From a virus (lineage: Duplodnaviria > Caudoviricetes): 40,408 nucleotides of DNA. Position 1 is the stretch's first letter; the number at the start of each line of letters is the position of its first letter. The translations under genes and the position numbers were made by a program. Positions 17,777 through 25,608 of the stretch are shown here, piece by piece. The notes below the pieces were generated by a model. It was not told where the DNA came from. It saw nothing but the letters and a program-made list of their open reading frames with translations, and did not search any database. The DNA lies in IMG/VR virus record IMGVR_UViG_3300034084_000026, positions 1-40,408 of that record, one strand, 5' to 3'.

Positions 17777-18930
17777 GATGGTGTCCTCAGTCCGATGAAA
17801 TATGATTCGTCGCTCTTGCGTCGGGCCTTCAATACACTGCCGATTACGATGGGGTCGATGCTGTCCGGCAGTTCAAGAATATCATCGACCGTTGGCCCAA
17901 AACCAGCGAACCGCACATACGGTGCGCACATCCAGTTGGCGTTGTTTATTCCCGCCAACACCTTGTTTATTTCCACGATCATGGATATCAACGAATCCGT
18001 ATCCTTGATGTAATTAGCGAAGTTCAGGAATAACTCGTCTGGTTCGCATTGCCGAACCGCTTCGTACAATTGGGTGTTGCTGAATGTGAACACTCGGCGC
18101 GGCAACTTGGTTACGGTTGTGAGTTCCGTTTCTACCCCCAATTCATTGAACGTTATCTCCTTCTGATCGGGGTAGTGCGGCCCGGACCAACCCACCATAT
18201 TTCCGGCCCCGTCAAATCGGTTCGCTACCCGGATCGGGTACGTGCGTAGGGTGCCGAACACCTTATTCAGTCGGCTTATGGGCACCCCACAATCGGCCAA
18301 CGTCTGGGCGGGGGTAACGTCCCGGCTAGTGCAATATGGGTAGAAACCATGGTACATGGACAGGCTGTAACCCTGCGCACCCTCGATCTGTATTGTATTC
18401 CCCCGGTCCACCGCCTCATTATATTCGGTAACTGAGCACAAATATTGCTCTAGGGGTGTTCCCTTCAGCATAACGTCCGCGATGTTCATGGCATCCGGGT
18501 TGCGTTCGATCCGCTGGATCGCCGCCGCCCCCACCCCCTTCTTAGTGGACCCGATTTTTGTCATCAGCCCAGCTTCGGTGTCCCGATGCGACTGGGCTAT
18601 CACCGCCGCGTGGGGGTGGATGAATATGTTTACACCCGACCCGTCGACAAGACCACATTCATTGAGTTCCCGGTAAAGGTTGTGCGGGTCGATCAGCGAA
18701 CCGGGGCCGATCAGAACTTGTTTCAGATTGGGGGACACAACCCCGTTGGCCAACATGGTGTGGATGTATTTGCGCCCATCCGAGTCAATGAAGGTGTGGC
18801 CAGCGTTGGCGGCCCACGCGGTAATCAGAGTGTCCGGCTTGTACTTCTTTGCTAGATACCCGGCCAGCAGGCCCTTGCCGGTGGACCCGAACTGTAAATC
18901 AAAAATCATGTATGTGAATGCGTTTTTCAT
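17773..18930 (-). CDS. purZ: N6-succino-2-amino-2'-deoxyadenylate synthase (PurZ)
   Basis: PurA fold (NAGHT, EGAQG, YPYCTSR) with DLQFGSTGKG (Ser replacing the PurA Asp of GDEGKG), TVTKLPRR, and NFANY in place of TKLD. Confidence 0.93.
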   Translation of the reverse strand: MKNAFTYMIFDLQFGSTGKGLLAGYLAKKYKPDTLITAWAANAGHTFIDSDGRKYIHTMLANGVVSPNLKQVLIGPGSLIDPHNLYRELNECGLVDGSGVNIFIHPHAAVIAQSHRDTEAGLMTKIGSTKKGVGAAAIQRIERNPDAMNIADVMLKGTPLEQYLCSVTEYNEAVDRGNTIQIEGAQGYSLSMYHGFYPYCTSRDVTPAQTLADCGVPISRLNKVFGTLRTYPIRVANRFDGAGNMVGWSGPHYPDQKEITFNELGVETELTTVTKLPRRVFTFSNTQLYEAVRQCEPDELFLNFANYIKDTDSLISMIVEINKVLAGINNANWMCAPYVRFAGFGPTVDDILELPDSIDPIVIGSVLKARRKSDESYFIGLRTPS

Positions 18931-18931
18931 T

Positions 18932-19141
18932 TTAAGCCTCGTTTATAAGTTTATCACTAGCAACCAACGCTCTGGTCACACCCGACAAAATTTCATCCAT
19001 CAAAATGATCTTGGTGCAGTTGTCCCCCTTGTGCTGCTGTTTCATCTTAACTAGACCGAACATGAACTCCGCCTCCATCATCTTCAGTTCGTCCATCCGC
19101 TTGCGCAATTCAGCCCGTTCCATTATCTCTTCAAACATCAT
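18932..19141 (-). CDS. Hypothetical helical protein
   Basis: 69 aa, tightly packed immediately upstream of purZ. Confidence 0.6.
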   Translation of the reverse strand: MMFEEIMERAELRKRMDELKMMEAEFMFGLVKMKQQHKGDNCTKIILMDEILSGVTRALVASDKLINEA

Positions 19142-19153
19142 GCCCGTTCCCCC

Positions 19154-19408
19154 TTAAAATGGTATGTCATCGTCCACGAAATCGGTGCTTAATGGCTTGC
19201 CTACCGATCCCGTCGTTCTTTGCTGCTCTTCCTTCGGCTGGAATGCCAGAGAGAAAAATTTCCCGTTGACGCTTTCCTTGATCCATGCCGAAATCCAGTA
19301 CGCCTTGCCGTCAATGATACATTGCCCCTTATGGTCGGGGTGGCTGTCTTTCTCTTTTCTGTCATTGCGGCCTAGGGTGCCGCTGTTGTCGCGCTGTTCA
19401 TATGCCAT
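19154..19408 (-). CDS. Small ssDNA-binding protein candidate
   Basis: PD.KG...I.G..Y.ISAW...FSL core and an acidic DDDIPF tail; GGAGG RBS favours ATG 19408. Confidence 0.75.
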   Translation of the reverse strand: MAYEQRDNSGTLGRNDRKEKDSHPDHKGQCIIDGKAYWISAWIKESVNGKFFSLAFQPKEEQQRTTGSVGKPLSTDFVDDDIPF

Positions 19409-19423
19409 GATCATTCCTCCTCG

Positions 19424-19825
19424 CTAAATTTTGAATAAATTTCCTTTTGAACTATTGTCTCTGCGCGGTATGACCCTTAAGTTATACTCCACGTGGAGGC
19501 CGCAAACTAGTTGGTTATTCAAAGGAACTATGTGATCCACTGTCAGCCCCTTAAGCCTCGCTTCTTTATATATCATCCGGATTTTTCTTTTATCGGCCCA
19601 TTTTGGGGTCGGCATATTCCGCCGCCGTTTGTCGGTCTTTTCTGTATACACCTCCGGGTTATTATCATAGTATCGTTTTCTTCGATCAATGTTGGATGCG
19701 GGGTTTAACTTCCTGTAGTTATTTACCTTATCTCTATGGCACCTTACACACTTGCTGTTTGACGTCAATCTTTCCCCGATCAATTCTGGGTGTTTGGCGC
19801 AAATCTTCCCGAAGTATCTTGTCAT
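19424..19825 (-). CDS. HNH endonuclease
   Basis: C..H...C..C N-terminus; VDHIVPL....VCGLHV..NL......N.SKGN; ATGA overlap with the polymerase stop. Confidence 0.85.
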   Translation of the reverse strand: MTRYFGKICAKHPELIGERLTSNSKCVRCHRDKVNNYRKLNPASNIDRRKRYYDNNPEVYTEKTDKRRRNMPTPKWADKRKIRMIYKEARLKGLTVDHIVPLNNQLVCGLHVEYNLRVIPRRDNSSKGNLFKI

Positions 19826-21690
19826 TTCTTTTTCGAGGCATCGAACCAATCAACGCCGCCCTGCACCGAAGATAAAATTGGCACCCGACAGTGTATTGGA
19901 CACTCCACCCCGTCGAACACCTCCAATTGTTTTTTCATCATGCTGCCAAGTCGCTTGGTTTGCTTCTTTGGGAACGAGAAGTCCAGTTCATCATGCACCG
20001 ACAGCAGCATACTGAACCCTTCCTTCTTAGCGATTGGCCATATTTCAATCATCTTCTGCTTCATGCAATCGGCGCTCGTTCCCTGAAATACTAAACCCCC
20101 GGCCTTGTACGTAGCCCGGCCACCGGGAAACCGGATGTGCCGGTCCATCACGGTCTTGACAAAGCCCCTCGACTTAGCAATGGAAGAAGCTTGTTGTAAC
20201 AGCTTTTTGACTCCCGGTATGGCCGTGTGGTACTTACTAAATACATCAAGCGCTTGCGGCCCCGCCCTTTTCCACTCCCGATCATTCTTGTCCGTAGTGG
20301 TTGTGTACTCAAGGCCCATGTGATAAGCGAGTTCCCCCTCCCCCATCCCGAATACCAACCCAAGGTTGATCTGTTTCGCATTCGCCTGTCCCGCATAAGC
20401 AGGGTTTCGTGGGATGCCTGTAATATCCGACACAACCTTGTGGTAATCAGTGTTTGGATCATCATGGTAAGCTTTCATAATTTTTGGGTCTTTGGTGTAA
20501 TGGGCGAACCACCGAAATTCGAACTGTTCCCAGTCCGCGCAAGCCCATTCTTCCCCCTCTTCCGGCAAAAAGCATGCCCGAACGATGGCGGCCACATCCG
20601 CATCACGGGCCGGGATCTGCTGCAGCGCGGGGTCATCAATGGAGAACCGGCCCGTCCCGGTCCCTAGTTCATTATCGCCCCGCGTCTGGTTGTAATTTGG
20701 GTAAACCCGGCCCCCGACAGCATGGCCGATGATATGGTCTTTCAGGAAGCTCCGAGCCTTACCCATCCGGCGCAGGGTCATTATTGCCTCAGCCCGTTTG
20801 TCGCCCAGTCCGGTCATAATAAGCAGCGATTCCTTCGCCAATGACGCCTCGCCCCCGTCCGTGACACTCAATTCGAAACCGTTGTCGGTCACCCATTTCC
20901 AGCCTCGGGTGTTGTCGGCTTCGGCCTTCGTTACCTTGAACAGATTGCGCAGTTGAAGTGGGGAATTGGCGTTAACCGCACCCCCGGCCAGCTTGTTCAG
21001 TTGCTGTTGCGCCTTGGACAGGATGACGTCGATGTCGTCCATCGAACGGTGCGCCCGGTCCTCATCCACCCTAACCCCGTTTCGCTCCATTTGGACTAGG
21101 ATAGGGGTAAGCCTTCGTTCCAGATCCCACACCCGGCCTAATTCCTGCCGCTTTATCTCCTCCTCCTGCCACAACCACAACTTAATTGCTATCTCCGGGT
21201 CTGCGATAGCGTACTTCCCGGCTAGGCTGGCGGGTGCTCGGTGTAAGTTCTTCATCTGGACCGCTGGGGTGGCGGCTCCGCCGAATAAGGCGGCCAGTTC
21301 GGCATAAATGTCAACCTTGCCCATGCCAACATATTTTTCGCCCAGCATCCCCAGCTTGAATGACGGCTCGTGTTCATTAATTAGTGCGGCCCGGACACTA
21401 GTGCACTCGATGTTATCGAACGGAATTTCTACCCCCTCATTGATCAGGAAGTGGGAGTCGAATTTCATGTTATGGTTAATTACTTTCTTGCATTTGGGCA
21501 GTTCGGTACGCAGGGCGTCCATAATTTGCGGTTTCTGCCGAATGTCGTAGTAAGCAGAATGGATCTTTTGCCCATCATATGCGGAAATCGCGACCCCAAA
21601 CATCTTATCCCTGTACCAGTGCAACCCAGTGGTTTCGGTGTCCGGGGCTACGATGGGGTACTCGGAAAGTCGTGCTAGATTAAGGCTCAT
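19822..21690 (-). CDS. dpoZ: Family A DNA polymerase with 3'-5' exonuclease, DpoZ-like
   Basis: Exo motifs DTETTG, N.KFD and YA..D; TGRFS; motif A DWEQFEFR; motif B KQINLGLVFG; GGLVFQGTSAD; motif C VHDE. No 5' nuclease domain. Confidence 0.82.
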   Translation of the reverse strand: MSLNLARLSEYPIVAPDTETTGLHWYRDKMFGVAISAYDGQKIHSAYYDIRQKPQIMDALRTELPKCKKVINHNMKFDSHFLINEGVEIPFDNIECTSVRAALINEHEPSFKLGMLGEKYVGMGKVDIYAELAALFGGAATPAVQMKNLHRAPASLAGKYAIADPEIAIKLWLWQEEEIKRQELGRVWDLERRLTPILVQMERNGVRVDEDRAHRSMDDIDVILSKAQQQLNKLAGGAVNANSPLQLRNLFKVTKAEADNTRGWKWVTDNGFELSVTDGGEASLAKESLLIMTGLGDKRAEAIMTLRRMGKARSFLKDHIIGHAVGGRVYPNYNQTRGDNELGTGTGRFSIDDPALQQIPARDADVAAIVRACFLPEEGEEWACADWEQFEFRWFAHYTKDPKIMKAYHDDPNTDYHKVVSDITGIPRNPAYAGQANAKQINLGLVFGMGEGELAYHMGLEYTTTTDKNDREWKRAGPQALDVFSKYHTAIPGVKKLLQQASSIAKSRGFVKTVMDRHIRFPGGRATYKAGGLVFQGTSADCMKQKMIEIWPIAKKEGFSMLLSVHDELDFSFPKKQTKRLGSMMKKQLEVFDGVECPIHCRVPILSSVQGGVDWFDASKKK

Positions 21691-22949
21691 AGTAATGGGT
21701 TACTGCCGCAAAGATTGAGAACCTTGGATGCGCGGGTCATTGCTACGTACATCACCCGCAATTCCGCGTCCCGATCCTTGTACAAATTCTGCAGAACCTG
21801 ATTTGATAACGTCAGGTCCAGCACCACATTCTCCGCTTCATGGCCCTTCGCTTGATGGATGGTGGATAGGGAAATATTAATGGGCTGGCTGAGATCCGCT
21901 TGCCGGTAAAACTCCTGCCAATGTGGCGCAATTTCGGGTGTCCCGCCTTCCCGTAATTGGGATGCGATGCGGCTCGTCCACGGGGAAGATCCCCCCGGCA
22001 TGCGATACGGAATCAGCTCCCGGTTCAAGGCCATACGGATCTCGTCCAGTCTCCAACGATCACGACATAGTATCATGCCCCCGCCGTCTTTTGCAAACGA
22101 GGATAGGTCAAAGTTCAGGGTGTCGCCGTATCGACGGACCACCCCGACGCCCCCGCTGGGGGAGAAGTCCTTATCTACCCGCGTCTTTATTTCTTTCAGC
22201 GCCTTTTCTTTAGCCAGATCGAGGATCTGTATCGGGCAGCGATAGGAGTGGTCCAGCACCTTGTAATTGCCGCCGTGATTTTCAGTAAACCGGATCATCC
22301 CGTGCGGGTCTGCGCCGTTCCATTCATAAATGGCCTGATCGTCGTCCCCAGCAATGAACACCCGCTTGGCGCACCGGCTGATGTTTTCGAATACGGCCCA
22401 CTGTAGGGGCGAACAGTCCTGCGCTTCATCAAGAAACACCACATCTGGCCGGATGATATCGGCTTCCATCCCCCGCGTCAGCATGTCATCGAAGTCCATG
22501 TACCCGAAAGTTCGTTTCCAGCTTGTGTACGATGAAACGAAATTTTCGAACCGTTTCAGGGTGCCCGGTCTGCCGAAATGGTCGTATGCTTGACCCAAAT
22601 CGGTGATGTGGTTATTGGCGTAAGCGAATATGGAAGCGTAATCATCGCCCTCCTGCCGCTCGTCCGACCCCGGTTCACTCCCCTTAAATGGTATGCCGGT
22701 GGCCCGGCCAAATTCGGCCATCTTCTTCTCGTCAACAACGGATGATTTGGACAGCCCAAGTTGGGAAAACATATAAGAGTGGATTGTCGAGGCCTTAATA
22801 CCCGCATTGTTTATTCGAGACAAGGCCTCTGTCGCCGCCGCTTTGGTGAACGACAGAAACAGGCCGGTGTCTTTACAACGTTCAGCCTTTGTCACCAGAT
22901 CCCTAGTCTTACCGGTCCCCGGTGGCCCGAATGTGGTTATTACTTTCAT
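21687..22949 (-). CDS. Compact UvrD/Rep-like SF1 helicase
   Basis: GPPGTGKT, DEAQD, GDDDQAIY, STIHQAKG.E and YVAMTRA motifs. Confidence 0.9.
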   Translation of the reverse strand: MKVITTFGPPGTGKTRDLVTKAERCKDTGLFLSFTKAAATEALSRINNAGIKASTIHSYMFSQLGLSKSSVVDEKKMAEFGRATGIPFKGSEPGSDERQEGDDYASIFAYANNHITDLGQAYDHFGRPGTLKRFENFVSSYTSWKRTFGYMDFDDMLTRGMEADIIRPDVVFLDEAQDCSPLQWAVFENISRCAKRVFIAGDDDQAIYEWNGADPHGMIRFTENHGGNYKVLDHSYRCPIQILDLAKEKALKEIKTRVDKDFSPSGGVGVVRRYGDTLNFDLSSFAKDGGGMILCRDRWRLDEIRMALNRELIPYRMPGGSSPWTSRIASQLREGGTPEIAPHWQEFYRQADLSQPINISLSTIHQAKGHEAENVVLDLTLSNQVLQNLYKDRDAELRVMYVAMTRASKVLNLCGSNPLL

Positions 22950-22964
22950 CGTCTATCCTCTATT

Positions 22965-23213
22965 TTAATATTTCTGTATTCCGCCACACTCTTCCCAATC
23001 TTCGGCCAGCAAATCGGTGTGGGTTGGGTTCCATGGTCCCCGGCTGTCAGAAATCATGTTTGGCTCCGCCACCTCAACATATATGTATGGCATCGTCATC
23101 TTGCTGTTTTCATCCGGCACCTGTAATTTAAGAATGGCGTATATCCCGGCCCACGCCTTGCGGCGGACTGGCCTTTTGCATTTCAACTCATATAGCGCTT
23201 GTCCAAAGTTCAT
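22965..23213 (-). CDS. DUF2829 / Tad2-like protein
   Basis: MNFG.AL..LK....V.R..W, PYIY and PW.P...DLLA.DW family pattern. Confidence 0.8.
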   Translation of the reverse strand: MNFGQALYELKCKRPVRRKAWAGIYAILKLQVPDENSKMTMPYIYVEVAEPNMISDSRGPWNPTHTDLLAEDWEECGGIQKY

Positions 23214-23324
23214 TTTTCTCTCCTAAATTAGGTGGGCCTTCCACCCACTCGGCGGTTGCTGACCGCTTGCTGTCCGTCACGTCCCGGTCCTTATTTACGG
23301 GTACGGTTAATCACGGCTGCGGCA

Positions 23325-23684
23325 TTAGTGTTGCGGTTCTTTGAACTTCAATACATGAACTATGGCGCGGAAGATAAAATCTTTTGCCTGTTGTTCTTTC
23401 GGCAAATCAGCGAACGGCACCATGCATGGGTGTTCTTTCATGTCCGCGTCTTTAACTGGTCCGTATTTCCAACCATCGGCCAATTTAGCATTCATCCACC
23501 CGATGTGGCTTGCTTCAGGCCCGAAATCACCCATAAGATGCATATCAACACCCATTCTAGCTGATTCCCTCTGCCATTCGGGGGCCTCCAACCACGGCAA
23601 TTGACTATCATCGCCCAATGCCTGACAGTACGCTCGGTTCACTTCGTGGCAAACCTTTGCTATGTAATCAATTTCGTCTTCCAT
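23325..23684 (-). CDS. Stand-alone RyR-domain protein
   Basis: H..WM..K...GW.YG...D...K.HPC.VPF..LP......D, the ryanodine-receptor repeat signature. Confidence 0.82.
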   Translation of the reverse strand: MEDEIDYIAKVCHEVNRAYCQALGDDSQLPWLEAPEWQRESARMGVDMHLMGDFGPEASHIGWMNAKLADGWKYGPVKDADMKEHPCMVPFADLPKEQQAKDFIFRAIVHVLKFKEPQH

Positions 23685-23728
23685 TTTGTTGCTCCTAATG
23701 GGGGCCGGTTAATTTCGGCCCCGTTTGT

Positions 23729-24535
23729 TTACATTTCCGCGCCTTCGGTCGAACCGGCAGAATCAGCCGATTTGTCAAAGTCGGTCACATCCATCACCAC
23801 CTTACGCGACCCGGCTGCAATCTGCTCGTAAAGTTTCTCGGCACGATCATACAGCACCTTGGCCGGGAACCCGGACTGCGCGACTACGAAGTTGTAATAG
23901 TCGCCTTGGGTCTTTTTCTCCAGTTGGGTGCCGATACGATACACACGACTGAAACGATCGCCCCCGGCCAAACGGATCATGCTGTTCCATTGGCGGGAAA
24001 TCTTGGCCTTGGTGCGCGGCATGGACACCATAACTTCTTCAACGGTGCCCGATTGCATGCTGATCAACAGGCACAAATGTTGCGGGGTGTCGATCGATTC
24101 GATGTAATTGGCGGCCCCGCCTTCTTCCTCCACCCGAAGGTCAGCTTCTTCGGGGGAATTATACGAACCGAAAAACCCGCCCTCGATTGGCTTGTTGTCC
24201 TTGTCCTTGCGCTGCCGCCACACCAACCATTGCTTGTTGTAGAACACCGGGACCACCATTACTTCCTTGCCATACAGTTGCTTGGTTACGGAGTTCTGCA
24301 ACATGCCGGGTCGGGCCTCCTCGATGAAGCCGGGATCACCTTCCTTCACCGCCGGGGACAGGGCTTGAACGATTTCGAGTCGGGGGATAACGATGTCATC
24401 CTGCCCTACCTGTTCGGACCCGCGTTGCTGGTCCTGCTTGATGTAGTCCGGGGTTTCAGTCTGCACCATCACCAGTGAGTTGGATTCCGGTTCTTTTACT
24501 GCGGGGGTGCTGGGTTTTGCGTTTAGCTTAGCCAT
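23729..24535 (-). CDS. Putative ssDNA-binding / replication accessory protein
   Basis: D..IPRL.IVQ.LSP and W...I pattern with an acidic C-terminus; strong RBS. Confidence 0.6.
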   Translation of the reverse strand: MAKLNAKPSTPAVKEPESNSLVMVQTETPDYIKQDQQRGSEQVGQDDIVIPRLEIVQALSPAVKEGDPGFIEEARPGMLQNSVTKQLYGKEVMVVPVFYNKQWLVWRQRKDKDNKPIEGGFFGSYNSPEEADLRVEEEGGAANYIESIDTPQHLCLLISMQSGTVEEVMVSMPRTKAKISRQWNSMIRLAGGDRFSRVYRIGTQLEKKTQGDYYNFVVAQSGFPAKVLYDRAEKLYEQIAAGSRKVVMDVTDFDKSADSAGSTEGAEM

Positions 24536-24589
24536 TTTACTTCTCCTAAATTAAAATCATCAGTTCGTTCTATGCGTCAGTTCGTTAAG

Positions 24590-24760
24590 TTATTTCCTCA
24601 TATCCACTACCTTCCCTTTAATTGAATATACTGTTGGACGAAGACTGTTCAAGGTGTCAAAATCGCGGATGTACGCCACTATATCGCCGCTTATTGATCG
24701 TACGCTTCTTTTTGACGGCACCCGCACCCTCTGCTTAACCATCGGCCTTTTCTTAATCAT
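24590..24760 (-). CDS. Small basic hypothetical protein (56 aa)
   Basis: ATGA overlap with the upstream stop at 24757-24760. Confidence 0.5.
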   Translation of the reverse strand: MIKKRPMVKQRVRVPSKRSVRSISGDIVAYIRDFDTLNSLRPTVYSIKGKVVDMRK

Positions 24761-25215
24761 CCTTTCGTTATCCCGGCGCGGGTGATCGGCGTTATGTTGA
24801 TGAGGTCGGTTGGGATGTCCAACCCTTTCTCCATCCGACCCTTCACCCATGCCTTGAGTGTTGATGGATTAATACTGTCCTGCACAAGGTCAGCCAGTTC
24901 ATGTTCGCGAAACCACGTAAATAGCTGATCTTTCGCCCCGGCCTTGGTGGATACCAACAAATCGCCAGTAAGGGAGATCCGGCCAATGCCCTCATAACTG
25001 ATGCGTTCGATTCCATCGCTGTCCATCTTTTCGGGAATCGTTTCATAGCGGAGGACGTCATACTCGGCGTTGATCATCTTCATTTCCGCCTCGCGCTCCT
25101 CTTTTAAATCGCGCAATTCTTTCATACGTTGGACTTGCAGGCTCAGCGGTCTGCCATTCCATTCATTCCGGGCTGCGGCTTTGGCCTGCTCAAAGTCGTT
25201 CAGTTCTTCAGTCAT
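24757..25215 (-). CDS. Conserved phage replication-module protein
   Basis: Coiled-coil, IP..M...G and NP.TLKAWV motifs common in phage replication modules. Confidence 0.75.
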   Translation of the reverse strand: MTEELNDFEQAKAAARNEWNGRPLSLQVQRMKELRDLKEEREAEMKMINAEYDVLRYETIPEKMDSDGIERISYEGIGRISLTGDLLVSTKAGAKDQLFTWFREHELADLVQDSINPSTLKAWVKGRMEKGLDIPTDLINITPITRAGITKG

Positions 25216-25549
25216 GATTTTCTTCCTTTCTTAATTGTAAGTACATCGGCCTATAGCTGTGGTCCCGGTTATCCCAGCGCAGGATTCTTACCCTTGAAAT
25301 ACTCATCTGCCCAAGGATGAAGAATACCGCCGCCGATACATACGGTGACCCAGCTATTACTATCCAGTCGCTTTCTTCGTTATATGATTTAAGCAACCGG
25401 CGTAGTTCTAACAAAACCCGCTCGTTGTGCAGCGAGTTCTTAATGTTATTCAGGTCGTCAACCGGGGCCAGCATAAATTTAATGTCCCCAAACTCTTCGG
25501 CCTTGGCAAAGTCGTGGTTGGTTTCCTGCGTAACGAATACTGTACTCAT
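25208..25549 (-). CDS. Hypothetical alpha/beta protein
   Basis: 113 aa with GAGG RBS and its own candidate promoter. Confidence 0.75.
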   Translation of the reverse strand: MSTVFVTQETNHDFAKAEEFGDIKFMLAPVDDLNNIKNSLHNERVLLELRRLLKSYNEESDWIVIAGSPYVSAAVFFILGQMSISRVRILRWDNRDHSYRPMYLQLRKEENHD

Positions 25550-25576
25550 TTTGTTCGCCTCTCGTATCTAGCCTCT

Positions 25577-25607
25577 ATGATATCACATCTGGAGGCCGCT
25601 GCATAGT
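25577..25607 (-). promoter_or_regulatory. Leftward promoter with ACTATGCA -35-like box
   Basis: ACTATGCA-N17-TATCAT with extended -10 TG. Confidence 0.55.
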
Positions 25608-25608
25608 A

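Noticed and set aside
17773-18930. Ordinary purA auxiliary metabolic gene
   Set aside because: GST replaces GDE, NFAN replaces TKLD, and the datZ/mazZ neighbours point to PurZ.
23700-23722. GGGGCCG/CGGCCCC hairpin as a terminator for the - strand operon
   Set aside because: No U-tract on the coding strand; more likely a stability hairpin.
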